NCBI GenBank assembly: GCA_002269645.1
Contig: NIVC01000631.1
Coordinates: forward strand, 17,122 to 81,121
DNA from: Macrostomum lignano
Taxonomy: Eukaryota
Direction of reading: 5' to 3'
Length of the DNA: 64,000 nt
Positions 62,624-64,000 of the stretch are shown in pieces (positions within the stretch are counted from its first letter, which is position 1; every line of letters starts with the position of its first letter). The position numbers and the translations under genes are program-made. The notes beneath the pieces are model-generated. The model did not search any database and had not been told where the DNA came from. It saw nothing but the letters and a program-made list of their open reading frames with translations.

Positions 62624-63380
62624 AGGCCCCCATAGTGCCAGAACTGTCTCTAGCAAACTTACAGAAAAGTACCTTTCAAGGATTTCTCAAAATGGTATTT
62701 TTTTCTCGGTCAAAAGCCAACAAATATCCGTTTTGAAAATCCGATTAGAGAAGAACCAGGAGAGTTCCGTGCAAATTTAGCCCGGCAAAACTGGCATTTT
62801 CTCTCCCGCCAATGCAACGTAAAGCATTGATTGAATTTGATTTCATTTTTGCTACTCATTTCCTGTCCTCATCCAATGGAGGACAAATGCAGAAGGACGC
62901 TGCACTCGCAGATTTCGCAGCGAAATGCATTGGTGAGATGGGAAGTTTTTTAGTTTCTCAGCACTGAATTCCCAATGCCTCACCTGCTGGATTTCCGAAT
63001 TCAGATGCAGCCAGCAGCAGGTGTTTTGTCCGAGCTGCGCTCACAAGTTCGTCGTGAAAAATTTGAAAAGTATTTTTAGAGAGCGGCAAAGATCAGAGAC
63101 ACTTGTGTTTTCTAAAGGGATTTTGCAGTTTTGCTTGAGTGGGGTTTGGCCATAGACAAATCCGTCCAGACAAAACACTGCAGAGACAGGAGCAGCTGCA
63201 ATTTCGCCGCAACTGCTTGCTTGCTTGCCGGTCTCCGGCAGCAGTTCATGAAAAAGCAGCTTGATAAACTTGTGAGCGCAGCTCGGACAAAACACGCTGC
63301 TGGCTGCATCTGCAATTCGGAAGTCCAGCAGGTGAGATATTGGGGATTCAGTGCTGAATAACTGGAAACTTCCCATCTCG
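62624..63380. mobile_element. Foldback/MITE-like repeat, copy 2
   Basis: Direct near-identical copy of 54499-55260 with the same internal inverted arms. Confidence 0.8.
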
Positions 63381-64000
63381 CCAGTGCATTTTACTTCGGA
63401 AGGCAGAGATGCATGCAGATGCGCTTGCAACCTTAATGGTTATTCAATGTCTTCATTAGAGTCACATTGCTTTCAATTATCTATGCTAATAATCGCTTTT
63501 CACTGGCTTTAATTCCAATTGTACTAGGAAGTCATGACACCCCATTTGCCTCATCTCGCCCGCCGCCTCGCACTTCCAGTTATTTGCATGCGCTTGTTTG
63601 CAAGCAGCGTGCATATCGTCTGTTTTCATTTTTGTGAGTTTTAGTGCACAGAATTATTTAACATTAAAATTACTTCAAATGAAAACTACGAGCTATAAAT
63701 AAATAAAAATATGGATGAATCTGCCTGATTCGCGAAATCTACGTAATACTTCAAATCTTGTGAAAACGTAGTCTAGTGTCGTTAATAAAATAGTTGTTTC
63801 ACTCCCAGAATACTACTGAGCCACTCTTAATAGTAGACATTAGCGAATGTCAAAGCGTATCGCCCTTATAAGGCAGTCAAGCCCCAAATCACACTGAGTG
63901 TACACTGCCGGACAATAGAAAGCCAGTCGGTTTGGTGGGCGTCGCTTAGGATCCGACTTTCCTACACTGGGAGAACAGAGGAAAATAAAATAATAAAATT

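Overview
Eukaryotic (animal) genomic DNA with spliced genes, GC3-rich exons and introns full of unrelated minisatellites; the style suggests a free-living flatworm such as Macrostomum (inference only). Left to right: a decayed non-LTR retrotransposon (1-3650, minus); a 10-exon cytosolic carboxypeptidase CCP1/AGTPBP1-family gene (minus, 5400-14758); a single-exon secreted 8-Cys prepropeptide (minus, 16587-16943); an 8.3-kb, almost invariant array of a 272-bp unit inside a (GATA)n microsatellite (18466-26750); a 2-exon lipoyl synthase (minus) with a mariner element in its intron; LINE and Tc1 debris; and a 10-exon class C GPCR (plus, 37763-62445) with the mXR/mangetout pattern of glutamate-pocket substitutions, a nested antisense membrane-protein ORF, foldback transposons and SINEs in its introns. 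Best leads: the 272-bp array (hairpin-rich, with a flatworm spliced-leader-like motif and an Sm-like site, both imperfect), the Cys-rich peptide and the mXR-type receptor. Exon boundaries were read by eye from GT-AG sites and frame continuity; no database searches were run.
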